A stretch of DNA of 63,893 nt, counting the filler, from Intoshia linei (taxonomy: Eukaryota; Animalia; Orthonectida): the NCBI GenBank assembly GCA_001642005.1. It is 4 parts of 4 records of this genome, joined end to end, with 100 filler letters (N's around TTAATTAATTAA, not from the genome) between each part and the next. Parts side by side here need not be neighbours in the genome. Positions count along the whole stretch, not along the records: positions 1 to 28,124 come from LWCA01000421.1; 3 more parts are not named here. One strand, given 5' to 3'. Shown in pieces: positions 1 to 11,619 of this stretch; positions within the stretch are counted from its first letter, which is position 1; each line of letters opens with the position of its first letter. The notes beneath the pieces are model-generated. The model was not told the origin of the DNA. It did not search any database and saw only the letters and a program-made list of their open reading frames with translations. A program made the translations under genes and the position numbers.

Positions 1-66
1 TGATATTAAAAATCAATAAATTTATTTTAATAATGTACCGTTTGTATTAGTCATAATAGCATTCAA

Positions 67-551
67 ATGAATTTTAATACATATAAAAGAGTAAGTAATA
101 ATATCAAGTAATCATTTTAATTTTTTATGTTTATTTTTTTATTAGCGTGTATTGATTAATTTGGAGTGTCTGGTGGAAGAATTTAGCGTTTTAATAAAAA
201 ATTTAGCTTATTTTTCCATAATTTGGCTTACGCAAAATAATATAATGTTATTATAATCTTATGATCAACCCTGTACTTCGTACAATACATAAGTACTTTA
301 TATTTTTAAATTATTGTAATAAGTATTTTAATAAAAATGGTAATATTGCCACATATTAAATTTTATGTAGTGATCCGGTCATGATTCAACTTTTGCTCAC
401 TATGGATGAGAATCAAACTATGGGAAAAAGGTTTATTATTAAAATTCTCGATGAATCAAATTTACTCATATCAAAAGATTCTTTAACAAGTTTAGAAAGA
501 AATATTGAAAATTTTTTTCAAAATTATAAAACTACAATCTACAAATGTTAA
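67..551 (+). CDS. GTF2H5: TFIIH subunit p8 / TTD-A (Tfb5); 5' exon structure uncertain, last exon 371-551
   Basis: Exon after acceptor gtag (370) reads DPVMIQLLLTMDENQTMGKRFIIKILDESNLLIS...KC*, matching Tfb5 ([33 protein letters not shown]). Candidate ATG at 67 with gtaagt donor at 91 and an RVLI exon at 146. Confidence 0.8.
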
Positions 552-595
552 AATTTTCATGAAATGTATTTATTTTGTATATATTTGTTATTAAA

Positions 596-3500
596 TTATT
601 TGGTTGACATTTTTCTATATAAAGCTTTCATTTCATTCATGGATATTTTCATTTCATCGGCATCTATCGAACCTTGGTTTGCTTTTTTATTTGTTAAGTA
701 ATAGATCACGCACAAGTTTTTAAATCGTTTGGCTTCGTCTAAGGCTGTATTTCCCCACCTATTAAAATATTATATAAAAGTTGCACAAATATTGAATCGT
801 TTCAATTTTATTTTCAGACATTTTAGATATAAAATATTTCATTGGAACATGGTAAAAAACATAAAATTTACATTTTAAAAAAAATTCAAAACTAATTTAT
901 GAAAATAATTGGATGAACTCTTTCAATAATCTTGTAACTGGATTCTAGTCACATATGAATATTTTTTATTTGCATTTATTTGACTGCTACAAAATCAACT
1001 GTCATTATTTAAAAACAAACCTGTCTTTAACATTAATGTCTATTTTACATTGTTCAATTAAAAATTTGACTGCAATTAAGTGTCCATCAGCAGCAGCTAT
1101 ATGTAACGCTGTTCTTTTATCATAATCTTCGATTTTCATATCATAACCTTGAAGTAGATATCTAAATAAATCAAGATAGTAATGCGATTATTTAAATATA
1201 ATTACCTCCTTTATTTTATAATGTTATATTAACAGTTCGTCACAGCCATCAATCTACCGAAAACTCGAAAAAAAATTTTTATTTAATTGAAAGTAAATTT
1301 CAAACTATAACCTTACATAAATTTCTATGAAGCAATTGTCATAAATCGGGATGGTCAAAGATAATTTAAAGTGTACTTTTCAGAATGTTAACAAATGTAA
1401 GTAAATTTTGTAAAACTTACTACAATGGTAATGCCAATTGTCAGAGTTGAACAATTATTCCTACGTCAATGCATCTTGGGTTTTCCCGTTAATTAGCGAC
1501 ATAATGTTATCTTAATGTTATGCATATGTTATATAATATTAATATAATATAAATTTTGGATTAAATCGACCGTTTTCAAGTTTGGTGAATAATAGCTATT
1601 GATAACTGTTAATATTGAAATTATTACTTTCTAATTACAGATAAATCCCCATGTGATGCACCCATCAACAATTGAGACAAATGTCTGTTTGGATTTGTTG
1701 TATTTAAATCACGTGGATTAATCTTTTTCAAGTTTTCCTCATCACTATCAAATTTATGAAAATTGAATGTTTCGATAAGTTTCTGTATAAATTCATTAAA
1801 ATTAGTATAGATTCTAATTTAATTGAACCTGGCAAAAATGAAGTCCTCTTAAACTGTTTTCATTTTTATCTAGTTCTGGAGAATATAAACAAATTCCCAA
1901 TAAATTTGGTACAATCACAAACATACATCCTGAAGATGACGATTTTGCTGGTAAACCAATCTAAAATTTTAAAATATAAATAATACATGTATCAATGATA
2001 TTATATCATTATTATTTAGATAATATTTCCATTTGATGAATTTCATTAAGATTTACTTTGAATGAAAATTCACCAGAATAATTGTCCATGCCTGAAGAAT
2101 TCATGATTGAAAGTGTATCTCGTACAGCATGTGGCGATAGAACAACTTCACTGGTACTTGGACACACGCCTCCATTTGCAAGCATTGCGGCAATAACAGA
2201 TCCTGATTGAGCCGTTACAGTTATAGAACACATCTAAAAGGTAATTATAATTTAGAATAGGAAATATTGTTGAGTTGAGTCAAATAATTTTAAGACGAAT
2301 ATTGGTCGAATGCTGCTGGTTTTAAATTGATCCAAAATTAAGAATGTAACAATAAAAGTGTTTTTACATTAAATTAAAAGTACTAATTTACTTGGTTATA
2401 TAAATCCAAAGCATCTACCATGTTAGCATTCTTGGGGTAGCACTAAATGTATATTATGTTATTCAAATAAACCAATACAATGGTTAATTAAAAGGCTCAT
2501 TTTTCAGTTTATTTAAAATAATTTACTTTTTTTTCTCTTAAAAAATAAGCTAAAGCATAATTGCCATCGGAATACTTTCTTCTGGATAAATACCTATAAA
2601 ATACATTGTATATAATTCATAATAATTTTATTATATTTAATAGATTTCATTGTATATTTACATTGTATTATCATAACTTATATATCCATTTCCAGTCATT
2701 CTTTTTAGAGTTTTGAATAGCTAAAAAAATTATTAATATACAATTATACTATATTATATATCCTATAGTTGCATAAAATTAAATTTATCTTACAGATTAA
2801 TTAAAAAATTAAGAGTCCTAGAATTAAAAAAAATGAGATAAGTAATAGTGATATGTTTAAGTAATATTAAATAATAAGCTTTGGAGAGAGCTAGCTACTG
2901 TTTATACTAAATACAAAACAGTCAAGCTAGGTAAAAAATAAATTATACAACGTTCTTCATAATAAAATTGTAAATTTTTTATGCACAATTGCAATGCACT
3001 ATTGGTATAAAAAATGTAATTATTAGTGTAACAGTGTTATTATTCCAGACTCTCGAATCCAGAGACTAACTTATTAATGAAAAAAATTATATGAACAGGT
3101 CTTATAGACAAGTTTAAAAGCGCTAAATTAGTGTAAACATTACAAATTGAAATCTATCAGCTAATGATAGTTCTGGTTTAATCATTGATAGTGTCACTAA
3201 GGCTCCTGCGTTTATCAATGGATTGTATGGCATTCCTAAATTAACAAAAATTTACTGGTTATTAACTAGCCAAATTAACATTATTTTCTCTTTTAAAGAC
3301 CAAAATTTAATGAATATTACAATCATACGAATGCTACGTTGCCCCCAAAAACAAATTTACCTGTTTACTTTTTATCAAATATTTATTGTTAAAATTATTA
3401 CTTACATTTTTAAAAATTTTATTTAAATTTTTTTTTGAAAATCACCGTTCATGTCCAAAGTTAATTCCTTGTCAGTATAATCGCAAGCTTCCATACCTAC

Positions 3501-6500
3501 ATATTTGTGAACATAGTCAAATCCATATAAAGTTGATGCTATAGCATAAATTAACGGTTTGAAACAAGATTGCAGAGTTAATCCATAAGTTGAATCTCCA
3601 AAATTGCATCTATTGGAATTATATACAGTCTAACCCAGGGTGCACAACGTGAAGGGCAATACATCTAATCATAATGTAATATATCATTTTACTTCAAATA
3701 GAAAAGTTAAAATGAAATTTTATTCAAGGTCTATTTAAAATATTTTACTCAAAAAGTTACATTCTTGACTTTGCCCCAGTTTCTCAAATGTTAGCCAAGG
3801 GCACACAAAATCAAGGTAGTCATTAATATCTTTTTTATGTCTTCCACTCTAATGTATCAACAAATCGGTTTTTAAATTATTTACCCAAAAATTAATGATT
3901 AATGTTTTTTCAAAAAAATATTAATAAAAGCAGATTTTTGAAATTTTTTTTAAATCAGGTTTTTTCTTATGGAATCAGTCAGAATAATTATTGATCTAAA
4001 AATTTGGTAAAATGGGATTTTTCATAAAAATATGGGTAAAAAGAGATTTCTTCCTTAAGGGTTGGTAAAATTTTGGTTTTTTCTCATAAAATTATATTAA
4101 ATTGGATGATTTAATGAAATATGTTAAAAGTTGTAGATTCGTCTACAATCATCTAAATTTTCGTATTCACCCCCATGAGAAGCACTACATTAATCCTACT
4201 ATTGATATTTATTCCGATTCAGATAAATGACAAATATGATGTTAATTTATATGAGTGAATTAATAATTAATATTAATTGAAAATTATTAATTAAAACTTG
4301 CTGATATTAAAATTTAAATAAAACTATTTCATTAGACCTAAAATTTAGGTCCAGACTCTGGACTCCAGAGTAAACTTTCTCAATGTCGAAGTAAATTTTG
4401 TGCGGCCGTAGTATCAATGAGAAAAGTAGCATTGTGGCTGAATTGGTTGAAAGGTTGTGCACTCCTGGTCTAACCTATCTACATGAATACATTCAATAAT
4501 GAATGTCGATGATTATGTTTTAATCAAAATTGAAACATTATACAGAATGGTATACAGTAAACTCTCGAAAAGTGACCTTTTTTAGGCAAGTGGTCATTTT
4601 TACCATTAAAGTTAAAATTACAATATTACCATAGTTATGGTATTAATTAAACTACTTACTTACTACATAACATTTATAATATATTTGAGCCATGTCAAAC
4701 TCAAATACTTGACGGGCCGCATCATAAAATTTTTTATAGCATCACATTTGGAAACCACTATAGCAGCGGTTCTCAACATACTTCACAATCGGTACCCCTA
4801 AACTAAAAAAAATATAATTTGGTACCCCATAATAATTTATATTTATTGTAACTATGATACCATTTAATTAAAAAAAATCAAATAAAATAAATAATTAGTT
4901 AAACTCTACTTCATAAAAAATTAAAAATTAAAAAATTTTTAATAATATTTATAATTTATGAATCATAAAGTGTGAGTCATAGGATGATACGAACAGGTAC
5001 CCCAAAATAATTTATGTTAGCCCTAGGGGTACCAGTACCCATATTTGAGAACCGCTGCACTATAGTATAGTAACTATACTGTGAATCGAGATTATTGTCA
5101 AATACACAGTGTGTATTGTAAGTAATGTCAAATCAGATAATCGAAATCGAATATATTTTTTTCGGTTAAGTTAGGTCATGGTTTTTTAATTTTTAAAAAA
5201 TTTGTTCGGTCAGTTGTGCTAATAATATTCAAAGGAAAACTTAGATTATTATCTTCGATTACGGAGTAAACTTGAAGTAAAAGTTCTTCATTATTTTGTA
5301 ATAATTCTAACCTTGATATTAGCAGTGAAATATTTTTTTTGTGTGGTTGTGCAAGATTGATTTTTTTGAATTAATGTTCGAATGATAAAACTAGAATTTT
5401 AATTTGATATGACTTATTTTTAAAAATTTAGAATTAATTATTTATCAACATAATTTTAATCGTATCATTGATATCATTAAATATGATCTTCTCGCAGTTT
5501 AGGTGTGCAAATGATGAAAAAAATTCATTTTGGAATATTTAATAATATCTATATTATATGATATATATGATTAGTATTAATAATATAGTATATATATGTA
5601 TATTATACATATACGAAGTCGGGCCGGACCGCAAGTTTGACACGGCTGTGTACTTTAGACTCTAAATTTTTAAGTATTCACATTTATTTTAAATTTAAGA
5701 ATTATTAATTAAATTAAATTAATTTTAATTTTAATAAGATTTTTAAAAATCTGTATATGTAAATATGTAGAAATCACGATTAATTATTAATTAAAAACGT
5801 AACCATTGATATCAAAGCCAAACCTACTATGCCTCGAAACTTGATGTAAATCAAAATAGACCCTAGCCGTCTCTCCTCATACATATATATGTATTTGAAC
5901 TTAACAGTTTATATTTGAGATACAAAACAGTTGAATGACATTAAAAAATATAATATTTTTGAAAAATTTGGGAAAACGAAATTTTTTTGGGTACTGTACT
6001 TTCTATTTGATATTAGGTGGTCATTTTTTAAAAGTGAAATCAATTTAAATTAGTATAGTTTTGTTAATAAATCTTAAAAAGTGGTAATGTTTGGGATTTG
6101 GTCACTTTTCGAAGATCTACTGTAGTAGATGTACAATCTATGGTTATAATCAATTAAAATAATCAGTCTTAAAAGTAAAACGTCCGCATTCGGTAAATTT
6201 ATCTGCTGTTTGTACAAATTACATAACAGTCATTCTAGTGATAACATATTATTAAAATGCATAATATACCTTTGTCCATCAACAGTGCATGCACTCACGG
6301 ACCATGCAGATGGATTAAATTGAGAAAACCGTGGACATGTTTGACATATCTAAACAAAATATATTACTTGAAAAAAAATTTTGTGCTTTAATTATTTTTA
6401 AAAAAAAATAAAAGTATGCAATATTTTAAAATTTTAATATTCTATTGAAACATCTAATCTAATAAAACTAATTAATGCACTTTTAATAAACATGAATATA

Positions 6501-7695
6501 TATGTACAAAAACAAAACTAAACAAATTACCTGACCATCTATATTTAAATCCAAACACTTTTTATAAATTTCACCTATTTTTTCTCTAAAAATATCAAAC
6601 TTTGGTATGGTCAATTCCAATTTGAATATTCGCGAAATAAATGCGACATCCTTAAATATTATTCTAAAATATTAATTTCATTTTATAAAAATTTTTAGAC
6701 TAGATATAATATACCACATATAACGGCTCCCACCCTTTTTGATAATGGCACATTTTATAATTTTAATAGTTTCCAGGGCACCGAATTTATCTCTTAATAC
6801 AGGGGTTCCCAAACTGATTTGGTTTACCAACCCTTTTTTTAGCAATATATTTTTTCAAGCCCTTGAAATTTTCGATTATGTCGTTTAATATTTATTTAAA
6901 AATTGGCTCAACTTATTAACTCAACCAAATTTTTTTTTAAATCAACTGATTATAAGATATTTAATATTAATGAATATTATATATTTATTTCTGTGTCACT
7001 GTTTAACTCAGTGGATCTCAAACTAACGATAAAAATCTTCCTTTACAACCAAAAAATTCATCAACGCCCACTCTATATTAAATAATATATACTAGTAATA
7101 TCATATTTTTTTCATAGCCTCAATCCCCCATCCCCTCGAACGATATCTCCCACTTTTGGAACCCCTGCTTTAGTATATAAAATTGATTATATATGATTCA
7201 TTTTTACTTTTAAGGCACACACGAGTTAGTTATGTCAGTTATATATGAATTTATCAATAATTATTTAATATATTGCTAAAACTAATCAGAGTTGTACAGA
7301 TTAATAATTTTGCAAAAGGTTTCTGCGCAAAAAATTATTACTTTCTAAAATTTATTTTGTCTACCGTATCGTTGTCGTGATAGACTAAATAATTTGCAAT
7401 ATTCTCGGTAGTATTTTTGAGTCGAATATCCTGCTCTTCAATTCCATGTTCATAAAGAGCCTAAAAATGGAATCAATAAATTGATTGGAATAAAATACTT
7501 TATACATGTATTGCATTAATTTACATTAGAATAAATTACCTTATAAAATTTCGTAAATGTAACAATTTCAGATTTGAAACTGATTAAATCGTAAAATTTA
7601 TCACAGAAGATACTATTTTGAATGTGTTGGTCCTGTTCGTTCTCTATACCTATAGTAGTACTCGATAATAGTTCACAAGTGTCTATATTTGTCAT
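596..7695 (-). CDS. GLS: Glutaminase (kidney-type-like) homologue with C-terminal ankyrin repeats, about 13 exons, altered active site
   Basis: Spliced exons give [72 protein letters not shown], and ankyrin [16 protein letters not shown] / [12 protein letters not shown]. Splice phases are consistent; stop TAA at 598-596. Confidence 0.93.
3636..4100. mobile_element. hAT-like non-autonomous element in GLS intron; inverted copy at about 57790-58324
   Basis: ccagggtgcacaa... followed by several hundred bp matching the reverse complement of 57790-58324. Confidence 0.75.
4555..6122. mobile_element. Tc1/mariner-pogo-type non-autonomous element carrying nested hAT MITEs
   Basis: TA|cagtaaactctcgaaaagtgacc ... 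ggtcacttttcgaagatctactg|TA terminal inverted repeats with TA flanks. Confidence 0.75.
4764..5057. mobile_element. hAT/Charlie-type MITE
   Basis: TIR cagcggttctcaa / ttgagaaccgctg; perfect 8-bp TSD cactatag on both sides. Confidence 0.9.
6800..7167. mobile_element. hAT-type MITE in GLS intron
   Basis: TIR caggggttcccaaa / ttttggaacccctg; TSD degenerate. Confidence 0.7.
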
Positions 7696-8705
7696 TATAA
7701 TCTTGATAAAACCAATTTCAAGACTTTTAAACAATGATATGATTGATTATAAACCTATGCCACTATAGTTTAATAAAATTTAAAGCTGTTCTGTTAAGAG
7801 TAATAATTTAATTAACAGGACAATAATCTTTTATAGTTTTTAATGTATAAATTTACAAATGCGTAAATGCGTCCTCTTTACTGAATTTTAACCTAAATTT
7901 TTATATTTCAGCTAGTGTAAAGATGTAGAATAAACAAACTATCAACATTATGTTTGAATTAGCTATAGCTTAATAACAGAAACATGTTTAAATTATTCGA
8001 ATTCCACTGGATATTATCCAGTATATTGTTATTGGTAATTACATCAAAAGTGTCAAAGATAGATAGAAATACAGATAGATATTTAACGCGTATAAACAGC
8101 TAGGAACGGATCTTCTTAATAGACTAACTAAACCACAAGATCGATAATTTTTTCAAATATCTGTATTAAAAAAATTTCCGTATGGACACTGTCTATTAAA
8201 TAGTTAAGTTTTTAAGATTTAAGTTGTTAGAAATCCCTGATTCAACGTAGTAGAGTTCAATTATCACTATAGATTTAGATGACAATGACAATTATTATGA
8301 ATTTCAATAATTACATTTGAGGGGGTAAATATTAACCGATTTCATTTTCTTGATAAATGCTTAAAATCAAAAAGGCATCAACGTTCAAAATGAGTTTTCT
8401 AATAAAAAAAATCAAATGTGAACAACTTACTTTACAGTGTACACTATAGTGGCACAATTTTTATAGCAAATTTTTTTTTACATTTTCTGATAGGCCCTTC
8501 GATAATTTTGTTTATTTTATGAACATACACATATGCCAAATTTTACATAAAAAAATGTCGTCATAGAAGTACTCAATGACGTGCAAAGCTAAAAAATTAA
8601 ACATTTTTGTCAAAAAATTGGCATGAATGGATAATATATATTTGTTCACTAATATTCTCTGATGGGTCATTCTCTAATTTTATTCTTCTGATTCATACGT
8701 TTGTC

Positions 8706-8897
8706 TGTAACGATTGGCAGATAAGAACTCTGATAAGTTCATCTTAAATAAAAAGATGTCCAAATCTCGATTCGAACCTAGCCACGCAGAATACAATTAT
8801 ATGACTATAACCACTCTGCCAGTTAGGCATCACAAATGAGTTATATCAAAAGTATATATTCGAATCTCGATTAGTACGATAGCAATATATCACTACA
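8706..8897 (-). mobile_element. Solo-LTR-like element with internal tRNA-derived A/B boxes (copy 1)
   Basis: On minus strand starts TGTAGTG and ends CGTTACA; contains TGGCAGAGTGG (A box), GGTTCGAATC (B box) and TTTTT; flanks ttgtc/ttgta. Confidence 0.7.
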
Positions 8898-10276
8898 TTG
8901 TATATGCAAAATTTTAGGAATCAAGATTAAGTTTAATGTAGTGCTCAATAGGGCTATTCTAATTTTGACTTTTTTTTGAAATTTAAAAAAAACATAGAGA
9001 ATATAGACAATAATCTCCATTTAATTTACTACAGAATGATATAAATGTGTTTTATTTTTGTCACAAAAAAACCACGCGTTTTTACCTTTTTCTATTTACC
9101 CAACATTATTTATTCCGTAATTACCATGCATTTGTTATACTTTTAAGATATAATTTAAGATCATGTGACACTAATCATATTAATTAAAAAAAATCAATAA
9201 AAAACCGTTTATTTAAGTCACAGTTCACGGACAAACTTTTCGTCATTTTTAAAAAAATTATATAATTTCCAAAAAAAGACATGAAGTTATATGAACTGGG
9301 TCAAAATATTTTTAATTATTCAACTCAAATATTTTTTAAGTAGTATTGTAACAAAATAATTTTGTTAAGTTTATAATACTAAAAATAAAATGAGTTTAAA
9401 AATTATAAAATTTAATTCATCACTTTTGTGATTATTTTATTACCGTAAATACTATTGATATTTCTTAACTATTTTTTACACAAGTACATTTTTACATAAA
9501 AATTTATACGAATTTAAATTAAATGTAATTTAATAAACAAATATGAATTAACATTTGTAAATTGTATGTAAATGTAAATTTGTTTATAATTTTTGAACAT
9601 ATACAGTATATATTATCTACTTTAATAGTTCATTTAGTAACATTAATTAACGAATGTCGAAAATGATTTTTCACAAGGTTCAATGGTAATTATTATATTG
9701 TTTTATTCAACAAAATATGAAAATATTTTGGACATTTCTTGTATACTTTAAAATAATTTCATTATTTCAATATTCGATAATTTTAAAAGTTTTATAAATT
9801 CAGATAAATTGAAAATTAATATTATTTAAATTTATTAACAGGATAACGGATTATTAAAATTTCCAATAAACTAACAGAAATCATAAAATGAAAACTTTTA
9901 CTTCAAGAGGCGGGGGTTTTTTTGGATAAAAATTAAAAATATCAATATCATTCTGCAGCAAATTAAGCGGCGCTTATTTTCTATACATGTCATTTTTATA
10001 TTAGAAAAATGGAATAACCCTACTGTATACATCAAAAACACAAATTTCAAAAAAATCAATTTTAAATGAAGAATTTAATTTTATTGACAACTCTGGAATA
10101 ATCACGGATTCTATGAAACTACTTTTTCAACGATAATAGAAAAAATTACCAAATATCATAAAAATCAACCATATTGTCACTCAACATGAATCTTTAATAA
10201 AGTGTAAAAATAAAATTAGAAACATTTTATTTACAAATTATTAACAAAATTAGCTAAAACAAAATGAAAGCAATAT

Positions 10277-11431
10277 TTAATGTATTAATCTATTATGTGA
10301 TAGCTGTGCTATAATAGCTTGATTTTGATTTGATAAATAATTATAATCACATTTAAGTAAAGTCCTACCCCAACAAACGCAATCATTTTCATTATTAAAC
10401 AATATAATAATTTTAAAATCAGTTTTATTAACGAGTAAATTTCGAGATAAAACATTTGAATTTGAACCATTATTTTGTTTATGAAATTGTCGTTTTTTAT
10501 TAGAATTTTGAAAAATTTTCGAAAAATGTTCCATATTAAAACAAGCCGGTGTACCGAAATCCAATTGAACAACCTGTGAACCAATATGAATGATGGCAAA
10601 GTCTAAAATGTAAATCAAATAATTTGTTTTATTATTCCATTTATAATATTTTTTATTCATTCTCCTATCAACATTTTTAGCATTTCTATTTTTGTTTATG
10701 TTTTTGTTGCAGTCTGAATTTTTCTTTTTACAATATTTACAAATTATTAGTAAATTTCCATGTAGTTTTAAATGCACAATTTTACACGTATTAATATTTG
10801 GTGACATTGCAATAAGAACATTTTTTTGTAATTTCGATTTGATAAAAGAATCTTGTAAATTAAATTTTATTACATTATTTTGTAAATTTTTCGGTTTCAG
10901 TTTATTGATTGTCGTACTACCAGTTTTAGCTGAAATTTTTGTTTTATTTAATTTTTCAGTTAAATTGTTGAAAATTAATTTTCGATGATTCAGTACAACA
11001 TATTTTTTTAATTTTTTAAATGTGCAATTTTTCATCAATTGGTTCCAAACTATACATTCTTTTCCAGATACTTCATATCTTATAATTTTGGGATACTTTG
11101 TACACAAGACAAAATATTGATAATTTAAATAATTTACAAGAATATTGGAGATTGATGCATTTTCAATTAATATTATGGAATCTGGTTCATTTTCTATTTT
11201 GCATTTATCTTCAATTTTAGTAGAGGTGTTGCCACAAGAGGTGAGATTTTTTATGTGTATACATGTTTTATTTTTCTTTAAATTGCATTTTTTACATTCT
11301 GATATACTAAATTTAAATATGTAATTGTTTTTTAGTTGTAAATAGCAAAGTTTTCTGTTTAGAAGAATGCATCCACTTTTTTTAAAGTCATCATTTGGGT
11401 TGTAGTAATTTATCAAACTTGGTATGTTCAT
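10277..11431 (-). CDS. Intronless 384-aa protein, probably two divergent PH domains (Sesquipedalian/PHETA-like)
   Basis: Long open ORF in very AT-rich DNA. Two internal modules (YLQLKNNYIF...PDSIILIENASI...ECIVWNQLMK; HLKLHGNLLI...DCVCWGRTLLKCDYNYL) resemble PH strands and the Trp-bearing terminal helix. Confidence 0.55.
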   Translation of the reverse strand: MNIPSLINYYNPNDDFKKSGCILLNRKLCYLQLKNNYIFKFSISECKKCNLKKNKTCIHIKNLTSCGNTSTKIEDKCKIENEPDSIILIENASISNILVNYLNYQYFVLCTKYPKIIRYEVSGKECIVWNQLMKNCTFKKLKKYVVLNHRKLIFNNLTEKLNKTKISAKTGSTTINKLKPKNLQNNVIKFNLQDSFIKSKLQKNVLIAMSPNINTCKIVHLKLHGNLLIICKYCKKKNSDCNKNINKNRNAKNVDRRMNKKYYKWNNKTNYLIYILDFAIIHIGSQVVQLDFGTPACFNMEHFSKIFQNSNKKRQFHKQNNGSNSNVLSRNLLVNKTDFKIIILFNNENDCVCWGRTLLKCDYNYLSNQNQAIIAQLSHNRLIH

Positions 11432-11619
11432 TTTATTTACATTATACTATATTTTAAGCATTCAATGTTAACTTCATTTATCATTATCGTGATATATACG
11501 AAGTTATGAGTATATTTATTACTTGTATTAATTAATTTGGAAATTTATTTTTGTAGCCTAAATGGTTTAATGTTTAAATAGTATTGGAAGAAGGGCAATG
11601 GAAGACAAGTTAAATCTTC

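Noticed and set aside
8755-8832. Possible genuine tRNA gene
   Set aside because: A and B boxes are present but there is no proper anticodon arm or T-stem pairing, and it is embedded in a dispersed TG..CA repeat.
10309-10988. Overlapping ORFs 10309-10599 (-) and 10692-10988 (+)
   Set aside because: Shadow frames of the 384-aa ORF with low-complexity F/I/L composition.
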